From assembly GCF_006345805.1 (NCBI RefSeq), contig NC_043011.1:11222001-11286000 (forward strand): 64,000 nt of DNA. Direction: 5' to 3'. The translations under genes and the position numbers were made by a program. The notes beneath the pieces are model-generated. The model saw nothing but the letters and a program-made list of their open reading frames with translations. It did no database searches and was not told the origin of the DNA. How positions within the stretch are numbered: the first letter of the stretch is position 1; every line of letters starts with the position of its first letter. This stretch comes from Octopus sinensis. Lineage: Eukaryota. Below, piece by piece: positions 51,722 through 63,500 of the stretch.

Positions 51722-52127
51722 TACTCTTTACTCTTTTACTTGTTTTAGTCATTTGACTGCGGCCATGCTGGAGCACCGCCTTTAGTCGAGCAAATCGACC
51801 CTGGGACTTATTCTTTGTAATCCCAGTATTTATTCTGTCGGTCTCTTTTGCCGAACCGCTAAGTTACGGGGACGTAAACACACCAGCATCGGTTGTCAAG
51901 CAATGCTAGGGGGACAAACACAGACACTCAAACACACACATACATATATACATATACATATATACGACAGGCTTCTTTCAGTTTCCGTCTACCAAATCCA
52001 CTCACAAGGCATTGGTCGGCCCGGGGCTATAGCAGAAGAAACTTGCCCAAGATGCCACGCAGTAGGACTGAACCTGGAACCATGTGGCTGGTTAGCAAGC
52101 TACTTACCACACAGCCACTCCTGTGCC
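51722..52127 (-). mobile_element. CORE-like tRNA SINE
   Basis: Full length; absent at the paralogous position near 34320. Confidence 0.75.
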
Positions 52128-52357
52128 TATGTTTGTTTTTTTTTTTGTTTTTTTCCAATTAAGTAGTTGATGCTGGTGTCTTAGTAATTACTATGACACA
52201 GAACATATCAGAACTGCCCAGCTTACCAGAAATACTCTGCAAAACTGACAACTCATCACTTGAAGAGCCATAGTAAATCAACGATTACTGTTTCTGTTTA
52301 TTCTGTATACGACATTCCTTTGAGCCAGTGTAATGTTGTCACATATCTGTTTTCTAG

Positions 52358-52524
52358 TGAACTTGACTATCAGAAGAACTGTTTGAATTTGGTATTGGAA
52401 TGTGGCAACATTGACCTTGCAAGTTTGTTCCGTAGCCAATACAAGACAGAAAAAATACCCCAAATGATGGTCATGTGCTACTGGACCCAGATGCTGGAAG
52501 CTGTTCTGGTACTCCATAAAGAAG
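52358..52524 (+). CDS. TTK: TTK outer copy exon E7
   Basis: LVLECGNIDL, canonical Mps1 hinge. Confidence 0.9.
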
Positions 52525-52764
52525 GTATTGTATCATACAGGTATTTTTCTAGTGGTGTCATAAAGAAGTTATGTTGTACAGGTGTTTTCCTTAAGATTAC
52601 AGTTGCAATTTTATGGAATTACAAATGCTTTAAAGCCTGAAAATGTAGAGATATTACAGCATCATATGTTATATAGTACTGTTGTTTGCCATAATATAGT
52701 TGTGTTCAGTAATGTAATCATGAAAAAGAGTTAGCATAGTAAAATAATATAGTAAAATAACATA

Positions 52765-53225
52765 GGCGCAGGAGTGGCTGTGTGGTAAGTAGCTTGCTTA
52801 CCAACCACATGGTTCCGGGTTCAGTCCCACTGCGTGGCACCTTGGGCAAGTGTCTTCTACTATAGCCTCGGGCCGACCAAGGCTTTGTGAGTGGATTTGG
52901 TAGACAGAAGCTGAAAGAAGCCCGTCGTATATGTGTATATACATATATATGTTTGTGTGTCTGTGTTTGTCCCCCTAGCCTGTCGTATATATGTATATGT
53001 ATATATATATAGGTGTATATGTGTGTGTGTTTGTGTGTGTGTCCCCCAACATCGTTTAACAACCGATGCTGGTGTGTTTACGTCCCTGTCACTTAGCAGT
53101 TCGGCAAAAGAGACCGATAAAATAAGTACTGGGCTTACAAAGAATAAGTCCCGGGGTCGAGTTGCTTGATTAAAGGTGGTGCTCCAGCATGGCCGCAGTC
53201 AAATGACTGAAACAAGTTAAAGAGA
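52765..53225 (+). mobile_element. CORE-like tRNA SINE with internal duplication
   Basis: Family member. Confidence 0.75.
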
Positions 53226-53574
53226 GCATAATACATTACAAAAATTGATCTTGTACCTTATCAAAAGAAATGTTTTTAATTCTCAGTTGTACCATTTTGC
53301 TTCATTTGGTGAAGGAAAACAAATATCACAAAAACAGTTTCTCTGTGATCCATGTCAGAATTCAGTATAAGAAATTGTAAGTTCCAAGCAAGCAGAATCT
53401 GGCAGTTTCAATTCACATAGTTTCTCTATTATAAGTCTGAATCTTTGCATCTGTGAAAAATACTCAAATTCTAATTTAATCTGTATAACTCTTAGCTTTT
53501 TGGAGCATTTAGTTCTCAAGGGTAGAAGTAATTTGTTAAAAAGGAAACAATATATTAGCAAGTATAATAGCGTT

Positions 53575-53987
53575 GGATCTTTTCGGTTTGAACAGCAGTT
53601 TTTTCTAGCGGTGTCATATGAAATTGTCACCCATAATTATGACCCTAGCATCGATCTATTGCATTTCAATCTGTTTTAGGGTTAGGGGTTGGATGAAGGG
53701 TATTTTTTTTTCTTCACAAATGTAAATAAACCCAATCTGTTTCTTAAACGAGGGACATATTCATACAGCACAGAATGTTTTTTTACCTCAATAGACGTCA
53801 GTGATTGATTGAAATTGTAGATACTGAAGAAAAAAACCCAACAAATATCTTACAAACTATAGAATTTTCTCAATAAAGCCAAGAGAAAAAGATGTTTTAT
53901 AAACACATTCTACCAGTATACGAAGTTTCAAATTTTTTAGTTACCTAGAAATTATGTTAAAAACTGCCGTTCAAACCGAAAAGATCC
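53575..53987 (-). mobile_element. Complete hAT-like MITE
   Basis: TIRs; TSD ATAGCGTT/ATAGTGTT (7/8). Confidence 0.85.
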
Positions 53988-54152
53988 ATAGTGTTTTGTA
54001 TCAATTGTCTGCTCTATTTAAAAGACATAAAACCGTTTACAAGGTGGTTCCATGTAAGCTGATCTGATCACAAACTACTTTTTAGCAGTTCTATAAATTA
54101 GTTCAGGCCTCCCCCTTTCTCCTTTTAGCTTTTGAGACTTAAGGTACATTAA

Positions 54153-54373
54153 CCCTTTTGATACTAACCCGGCCAAAACCGGCTCTGGCTGTGTAGTATA
54201 AATGTCTTGTTTTCATAAGTGTTTCATTAAAATATACCACCAAACCTTAGGCACAATTTATGATCCTAACATTAGCTTAATGATAACTAAGTTATTTTAC
54301 TAAATTCTTTGTTATATTTACAATTAATTGAAAGAAACACAGAGCATCTCAAAATGAATACGGTAAAAAAGGG
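54153..54373. mobile_element. piggyBac-type MITE
   Basis: TTAA|CCCTTTT...AAAAGGG|TTAA. Confidence 0.75.
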
Positions 54374-55914
54374 TTAATTAATGCTGGTATAAGTTTTAAG
54401 TGAAAGTATGAGAGCTAGCATAAAAATAGTGAGAGAAATTATGAAGTTATTTTCCTTAGTAGCAAATCAGTCGTCTCTTTGTACATTAGTTATATTGTAA
54501 GAGGTGTATGTAAAGTGAGTGCATCATGCAACCTGGCAATATAAGCCACTAAACAAGAACCCCATGTGAAGGTTGCAGAAGAATGACTTACGTATGATCT
54601 GTTGGACGCATAAGAAAGTGGTACACTAAGTGAAATAAAAAAGTGATTGGTTATTAAAGAAACAAGAAGAAATTTTTGAGATTACATCTTGAGGATCTAG
54701 GAATGCCAATATGTATGCAATAACCTAAAGCTAACTTGTATAGAAAAACAGACCTTAAAATGATGAATTAATGACCTACCATGGGTACTAAATAAAACAT
54801 AAACCAACAAAGGAACCTGCTAGAAATAGTAAAATTTTCATTAAATCATACCTCAGTATCCCAGAAATTATATATCTATGATTATATTGGATAATGTAGT
54901 ATTAAATTTTTTGTTCAAATATCCTTTAAAATTCATCTGGCTGTAAATATTCAACCAGTTGTTGAGCAATTCTTTCTGAATTCATTCCAGTTTTCCAAAA
55001 GAATTTTCTTGCGATAATGTGATTTTAGCTCTTGTAGCTGTTAATTTAATACTCTGCTAATTCTAAACTAAGTGTAACATGCCCTTTTTTAAGGGAAAGA
55101 ATGACACAACCTTCAGTTCATTTATTGGTTGTAGACATTTGAAGAAATACAGCATAAAATGTTCCAGTTTTCCTGAGCTTCAGAAGTAATTTTCCTGAAA
55201 CCAGAGACATTTCAATTTTAATCTTCGCTTATGTTAGAAAGCTTGCCATTTTAATTTTCAGTTTGTAATTTGTGATTGTTTCAGCAGGCTTGTTAGTAAT
55301 TGTTACACATTCATATCTATGTGTATACGTAGGTATACGGGTGTAGAATACATCCCCACTTTTGGCACTATTTTGTTAGTAAACAGTACGAACTGTGTCT
55401 AAAGTATATATATATTACTACACTGAATGTTGACAGTTCGGGTAACAGGTAAAGTAAATAATCACGTAAAACAATAACAATGGCTTCATTGAGTTGTCTA
55501 TCACCCATTGAGAACGAAACTACACATAACAGTAATGATGGAAGGTTTCTCAAGAAAATTCTGGGAGGTTTCTCAAAAAGATTTCATTTCTGGAAGAGGT
55601 CCTTTTATTAGTGTAAGTGATTCTGTTGACTTCCAGATTTTTAATTTTACCTCATTTGTCTTTCTCCAGTCACTGACTTCATTAAAAGTTTGCCATGCCA
55701 AAAAGGACTGTTGGTCATCAGTAGATTACCTTATGTTTTAAATCAATTTATTACAATAGTGTTTCACCACCTGACCCTTTGGTACTTTTCATAGAGTCTA
55801 CTTTGTTCTAGGCATTCAAGCCGGGCCTAATGATAATTTCTTTGCACCATTCATGACAGACTTGAACTGGATTGTGAGTCCTTTCTGCTCTGACTGAAAT
55901 GATTTTCTTTTCAG

Positions 55915-56108
55915 GTATAGTACATTTGGATTTGAAACCTGCAAACTTCCTGATTGTTGGAGGCCAATTGAAGCTCATAGATTTTGGTATTGCTGATGTA
56001 ATACAGACTGGTAAAACTGGCATTAACCAGGAGATACTGATGGGGACACCTGATTACATGAGTCCAGAAGCAATTGCTGTCTACCTGGATAACTCTAGAA
56101 ACCACAAA
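55915..56108 (+). CDS. TTK: TTK outer copy exon E8
   Basis: [11 protein letters not shown] and GTPDYMSPE intact. Confidence 0.95.
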
Positions 56109-56530
56109 GTAAGGTTTTTAAAAATATTTATTCAAATAATTTTACAGGCACTTTTGCTACTTTATTAAAAGACACAAAAGACATTCATGATATTAAAAGA
56201 TATCATGAATGCTTTTTAAACTGCAAACTATTTTCTCTCTATAAGAATGATCTAACTTCATAAAATGTTTAATTTAGTATAATTTATTTACCTTGGGTTA
56301 CACCATACTGAGGATTCCAAAGGATGATGAAATGGCACTATACATGCTACTAGTGACTGGAAATTTAAATATGTATATTCTGTATGCCTTCTTCACTCTT
56401 TGATTTAAATTTCAAACTTCGAAACCCAACTCAGCTTAACTTAATCCAGAAGTCTTCCCTGTGATAGCTGACCACCTGGGTAAACAACGTATAAGCTTCC
56501 CTAGATTGTTTTCAACTGTATATATTTTAA

Positions 56531-59500
56531 CCCTTTCGTTACTATATTTCTGACCAAAATACACCCCTTATGTGTTTCAATTAATTTCTAACATAATCAT
56601 AAATTTAGTCTGGTTTCATTAAACAACTATAACTTTTTTTTTTATCAATATATTAATGTGATTTTTGGAAGATAATTTAATGAAATGTTCTCAACCAATT
56701 CTATACTATAATTTTTGTCACAAAGTGACTCTAATTGCAGGTAGATACAGGTAAATTCAACAAAATATAAAATTATTAAAATTTTGTTCAAACATCGCTA
56801 TAGAAAATGGGTTATTAGCTATACAACAAAATTGGGTATACAACAAAATTTTACGATAGAATTTGTTATTCTGGGTAACTTTCTGATACCCATAATAATA
56901 TTTATGGCAAAATAGTCTTAATTTCATTTAAGGTTGTAGGAAACCACTAACTATCCTTTCTTTCGCTTTGTTTACATTTAGCGTAACGGTTCGTTTCCGC
57001 CGTAATGATTTCAAATAGGCTCATTCGAAAAAGTAAAAAGAAAGTAATTGAGGTAATTGAGGTAATCAGAGTATGTGACAGAATACTTAAGATTAGATTA
57101 GTGCTTCATCATAGTTTAGCAACCATTATATCAGCCTATGCTCCTCAGTCGGGGCTACCCGATGGACAGAAAGACCGATTCTATGACACTCTACTGCAGA
57201 CTACCTCGTTGACGAACGACAGAGACCTTATCTTTGTGGCTGGTGACTTCAATGGCTGGTGACTTACACTAATAAATTATACGACATGCTGGGGGCTTCC
57301 ATGGCGTACATGGAGGCTATGGCTATGGCTCCCGCAACGAGGAGGGAACCAGGCTGCTGGAGTTCTGCGATGCAAATAATCTTATGATTTGCAACACTAA
57401 CTTCAGGAAACCTACCAGCCACCTAGTCACTTACCAATCGGGCCAACATACCAGCCAAATTGACTACATCCTTACAAGGCAAAGGGAGAGATGGCTGCTT
57501 ATAAATGCCAAAACCTTCCCAGGTGAAGAATGTACCCCACAACATAGACTGGTAGTTAGTGACTTTAGGATCAGGACTAGGAGGACAACCAGAAGACGAC
57601 AAATATGGAGAAGAAGGATCTGGAAGCTTAAAGATCCTGCAAATGGACAGAGATTTAGGGACATATTACTTGAAGCCTCTGACGAAGTAGAAGGGGATAG
57701 AGCATCACAGGGGGTAGAAGACAGCTGGACGTTTCTAAGGGACAACCTGCTGAGAGCCTCTGACCAGATCTGTGGCTGGTGCAAAGTCCCCTCTCGACCT
57801 AGAATAACGTGGTGGTGGAACAATATTGTAGACAGGGCTATTAGAGAAAAGAGACAGGCTTGGAAGGTCTGGAAAAATGGGGGTAGCAGGGGATTGTATC
57901 AGACTGCCAAAAGAGAAGCTAGGAGACAGGTTTATTTAGCCAGAGGGGAAGCAGATAAGAAAAAATTTGCCAATGTTCTGCGCCGTGAGGACCAAAGACT
58001 GGAGGTGTTTCGTGTTGCAAGACAGTGTGTGAGAGAGAATCGTGATGTGGTAGGAGAGAAGTGTGTTCGCATGGAAGATGGTTCACTTGCGCTAAATGAG
58101 GATGCAAAGAGAGAGGTTTGGAGATGCCACTATGAAAGGTTGCTGAATGAAGAAAATGAATGGGATAAAGAGAGTCTGCCGAATGTTGACCCAACAGAGG
58201 GACCAGCTATCCGAGTTGATAGTTCCGTGGTAGCTAAGGCAATTAGAAGCATGAAGACAGGGAAAGCCCCAGGCCCATCAGGAATCACTGCAGAGATGCT
58301 CAAAATGTCTGGTAGTGTCGGCTATAGCCTAGTCACCCGTATAGTTAATCAGGTGATACACAAGGGGTCATACCCAATGACTGGTGTAGCAGTATAATAG
58401 TCAACTGCTACAAAGGTAAGGTGATGCCCTAGATACAAATAACTACAGAGGTATCAAGCTGTTGGACCAGGTGATGAAGGTTACGGAGAGGGTCATAGCC
58501 CAACTAATTAGAGAGAGAGTTAGTTTAGATGAGATGCAGTTTGGGTTTGTGCCAGGGAAAAGTACTACTGATGCTATATTCCTGGTAAGGCAGCTGCAGG
58601 AGAAATACCTAGCCAAAGATAAGCCCCTGTACCTGGCTTTTGTTGACATGGAGAAAGCCTTCGACAGGGTCCCCCGATCCCTTATCTGGTGGGCAATGAG
58701 GAAACTAGGGATAGATGAATGGTTAGTGAGAGCTGTGCGGGCCATGTACAGGGACGCCGCTAGTAGGGTGAGGGTTGGAAATGTGTACAGTGAAGAATTC
58801 CGGGTAGAGGTAGGAGTCCACCAAGGCTCAGTACACAGCCCCCTCCTATTTATCATAGTCCTCCAGGCAATAACGGAGGAATTCAAGACAGGATGCCCTT
58901 GGGAGCTCCTCTATGCTGATGACCTTGCTCTAATTGCTGAGTCGCTATCAGAACTGGAGGAGAAGTTTCAGGTGTGGAAACAAGGATTAGAATCGAAGGG
59001 CCTCAGAGTCAATCTAGCTAAAACCAAAGTCGTAATCAGTAGGAAGGTAGACAAATCACAAACACCTTCAGGTAGATGGCCCTGCTCGATCTGTAGAAAA
59101 GGTGTAGGTAGAAACTCTATAAGATGCACCAAGTGTAAGCTATGGACACATAAGAGATGCAGCAATGTCAAAGAAAGGCTAACTAGGAAGATGGTTTTTG
59201 TATGTGGCAGATGCTCAGGAACAATAAACACTGAAAATGCTCTGAGACCAACTTCCGTCACTTTCCAGGGAGAAAAACTAGAAATAGTTGATAGTTTCCG
59301 TTACCTAGGTGACCAAGTCAGCAGCGGGGGCGGGTGTGCTGAAAGTGTAACTGCTAGAATAAGAATAGCTTGGGCAAAGTTCAGAGATCTCTTACCTCTG
59401 CTGGTGACAAAAGGCCTCTCGCACAGAGTGAAAGGCAGACTGTATGATGCGTGTGTACGAACAGCCATGCTACATGGCAGTGAAACATGGGCCGTGACTG

Positions 59501-61037
59501 CTGAGGATATGCGTAAGCTCGCTAGAAATGAAGCCAGTATGCTCCGATGGATGTGTAATGCCGGTACTCACACTCGGCAGAGTGTAAGTACCTTGAGAGA
59601 AAAGCTGGACCTAAGAAGCATCAGTTGTGGTGTGCAAGAGAGACGTTTGCGCTGGTATGGTCATGTGTCGAGAATGGATGAAGATAGTTGTGTGAAAAAG
59701 TGCCACACCCTAGCGGTTGAGGGAACCTGTGGAAGAGGCAGACCCAGGAAAACCTGGGACGAGGTGGTGAAGCACGACCTTCGAACTTTAGGTCTCACTG
59801 AGGAAATGACTCGAGACCGAGACCTCTGGAAGTGTGCTGTGCGCGAGAAGACCCGGCAGGACAAGTGAGTCCATAACCCGTGGCCTTCTACATGGGATGG
59901 AGCCAGCCTACGTATGCATACCTTCCCTTCTTGGGACACAAAACTCTACTTGTGAAGACGTGATGAGGCAAGTGAGGATCAGAATCGAAATCGATCAATG
60001 GAAATTGCGGATGTGCTACCAGTGCCGGTGGCATGTCAAAACTCTGCTTGTGAAGACCCGTTGAGGCAAGTGACGATCAGAATCGAAATCGATCAATGGA
60101 AATCGATCAATGGAAATTGCAGATGTGTTACCAGTGCCGGTGGCATGTAAGAGAACTTTCCGTTTCGCGACCGTTGCCAGCACCGCCCCTTTCGTGTCCG
60201 TTGCCAGCCTCGCCTGGCCCTCGTGCCGGTGGCACATAAAAAGCACCATCCGTTCGTGGCCGTTTGCCAGCTCTGTCTGGCACCAGTGCGGGTGGCACGT
60301 AAAAAGCACCCACTACACTCACGGAGTGGTTGGCGTTAGGAAGGGCATCCAGCCGTAGAAACACTGCCAGATTTGACTGGGCCTGATGAAGCCTTCTGGC
60401 TTCACAGACCCCAGTAGAACCGTCCAACCCATGCTAGCATGGAAAACGGACGCTAAACGATGATGATGATGATGATGATGAAATAGTCTAAGGCTTTACT
60501 CTCCTGGGAAAGTTTGTGGCTTGGTCCAGTTTCTTCAGAAAAATCACCGAAAGAAACAGTTTTTAAATTTTCACTACATTCAGGTGCCAATTCATTTTCT
60601 TTATCGCTGTCGGAGCTCTCGGATTCACTGTTTTCACTTTCGGAAAATGAAACATCAGATTCATTATCAAATACCACGTGCTTTTTTTTTTCTTTCATAG
60701 AGTTAGATTTATCAAGGTCTTCAGTAGAAAATCCTTCGAATTCTGATTCGCTGCTTGATATAATGAAATTCATATCCATTTTTTGTCAGAATTACAAATT
60801 TTGAAAACACAATAGGAACAAATTTCGGAAAAAAATCTCCCAAAATTCACGGAATTAAAGTTACACTTCGATCGTAGTACAAAACTGTAGATGAACTGTT
60901 TACGAAGTATAATCACTTGTTTTCACAAATGTACTAAAGAGATTTGCTCTGATATTCTCATTTAAATATGAATAGGTAAATACGGGCATTAACCAAAACT
61001 TTTTTGGGCGGCTTTGGACGGTTTGGTAACGAAAGGG
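56531..61037 (-). mobile_element. piggyBac element (same family as 12500-14102) interrupted by an RTE LINE
   Basis: Same TIRs, TTAA on both sides, empty TTAA at 37962-37965; transposase N-terminus at 60453-60779. Confidence 0.9.
57044..60479 (+). mobile_element. 5'-truncated RTE-clade LINE: APE endonuclease, RT, PHD-like finger, long 3'UTR, (GAT)n tail; frameshifted
   Basis: VAGDFNG, SQIDYIL, QFGFVPGKSTTDAIF, LLYADDL; ORFs 57384-58397 and 58462-59868; GAAA duplicated at the junctions. Confidence 0.9.
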
Positions 61038-61087
61038 TTAAACCTCTGTCTTAATCTAGCTTACATATTATTTTTATCTGATTCCAG

Positions 61088-61264
61088 ATAGGCTTGAAGA
61101 GTGACATTTGGTCTCTTGGTTGTATTCTCTATTTTATGGTCTACGGTAAAACTCCATTCCAAGAGATTAGAAACACAACAGAAAAACTGATAGCAATAAG
61201 AAGTGATAAGTTCAAGATCAAATTTGCTGATGTCAGAAATAAAGAGCTATTGGATACAATGAAG
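61088..61264 (+). CDS. TTK: TTK outer copy exon E9
   Basis: Same translation as 38012-38188. Confidence 0.95.
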
Positions 61265-62653
61265 GTACGTTTCAATTGTTTGTATGAAATAGTTCAAATT
61301 GGTGGTTGATGTTTGTGTGGAATTAGGTGATCTACCTACACTCAGATGGCTGGTGTTTGTGTGGGTTTTTGATGAAATATTCACACTCTGGAAACAAGAA
61401 CATGTATAATTACATGGGATTAATCCAATCTGTGATCTATGTATGATTAGATGCAACGGTGTACAACTAGTGGCTGGTATGTGTGTTATTAGATGGAATA
61501 GTCTGCATACTGGTAATTGATGGCTTTGTGTATGAGTAGATGAAATACTCCACATTCTGGTTCGTACTGTTTACTAACAAAATAGTGCCAAAAGTGGGGA
61601 TGTATTCTACACCTGTATACAGGTGCCAGACGAGGCTGGCAAAAGGTCACGATCGGATGGTGTCTTGTACGTGCCACCGGCACGGTGGCCATACGATGCT
61701 GGCAACGGCCACGATTGGATGGTGCTTTGTACGTGCCACCAGCACAGTGGCCAGACGAGGCTGGCAATGGCCATGATCGGATGGTGCTTTTTATGTGCCA
61801 CCGGCACGGAGGCCAGTCGGGGCTGCGCTGGCAACGGCCACATTTGGATGGTTCACTTATGTGCCACCGGCACTGGTATCACAACTACAATTTCCATTGA
61901 TTTTGATCGATTTTGATTTCGATTTCACTTGCCTTAACAGGTCTTCGCAAGTAGAGTTTATCTAAATGTATATTTAGATAAACTGATCCACCTCTGATGG
62001 AGAGTGCTTGTATATAATATTAGATGGAATCATTCACACCCTAGTAGCTAACAGATGTATGGATTAGCCTACACTTTGGTGGCTATTGCGTGAGATCAAA
62101 TGGAATAGTTCTCATTGAGGTAGGGGTATGTATTAAGATACAATGATCCACATTCTAGTGGATGTATATCAGTAGATGAAATGGTCATCATTGGTGTCTG
62201 CTGCGTGCATGGATGTAAAAAGAACTAATCTACTACTGTTTATCTATCTCTTGAACTCTCTATTTTCAAGCAAGCCTCTTTCCTTCCTTTTTATTTCCTT
62301 CACTTTTTATTTACGTTCACCCTTTTACATACACATCTCACATATTCACACACATTAACACATACATTAACACATATTGAAGAAAAGTTCCAACAAGATT
62401 ATGTGGATACCAGTATATAAGTTTTGAGATCAAATCCACTCCAAATGTTTAATTGTAATTATATGCAAGGCATCAAGCTGTGGTCCATGTAGCCATGGAG
62501 AGTAGGCATTAGATTACCTCAGAATGTTACATGCAACAAACGAGTGTTATCCCTCTAATTTATGTTTTGTACCCTTGAGATATATTTATGATGTTACACA
62601 CATGCATGCACACATCTACACTTTATATATATCTTACTCTGTTTCTTGTGCAG

Positions 62654-62735
62654 TGCTGTCTGTGCAGAGATCCCAAAGAAAGACCGTCTATTGAAGAAAT
62701 TCTGCAGCATCCATATTTGAGAGAAGTGACTATAG
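62654..62735 (+). CDS. TTK: TTK outer copy exon E10
   Basis: CCLCRDPKERPSIEEILQHPYLREVTI. Confidence 0.95.
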
Positions 62736-63500
62736 GTATTTGAGATATTTTTCATCACTACTTAAAATTATTGATAGTAACTTGTATAATGTGTGTAGAT
62801 ATAGTTGTTTTTGTTGATGTGTTACTGTGGTTATCCCTGCTTGAATAGGGCTCTGCTCTGTAAATCATTTAATTCTTAAAGCTCTGTAGTACATGTATAT
62901 ATGTATATATATATATATATATGTATCATCATCATCATCGTTTAACGTCCATTCTCAATGCTAGCATGGGTTGGATGGTTCGACCGGGGATCTGGGAAGC
63001 CAGAAGGCTGCACCAGGCTCCGGTCTTATCTGGCAATGTTTCTACAGCTGGATGGCCTTCCTAACGCCAACCACTCCGTGAGTGTAGTGGGTGCTTTTTA
63101 CGTGCCACCTGCACTGGTGCCAGGCGAGGCTGGCATCGGCCACGGTCGGATTGGTGCTTTTTACGTGCCACCGACACGGAAGCCAGTCGAGGCGGCGCTG
63201 GCCTCGGCCACGATTCAGATAGTGCTTTTTACGTATCTCCAGTCCAGGGGTCCTGGCATCTGCCAGGTGCCAGTCATAGGATTGGTCCAATTTCGATTCC
63301 GATTTCACTTGCCCCAACAGGTCTTCGCAAGCAAAGGGTGGTAGGCATAGGTGCCTGTCGTCGGATGAGGTTCGATATTGACTTCGCTTGCCTCAACAGG
63401 TCTTTGTGTGTCCAAGGGAGGAAAGGCATGCATAAGTGGGCTGGACTCACTTGTCCTGCCTGGTCTTTTCATGCACAGCATATATATATATATATATATA

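Noticed and set aside
60378-60410. CTGATGA plus hairpin in the RTE 3'UTR as a hammerhead
   Set aside because: No GAAA, stem III or closing stem I.
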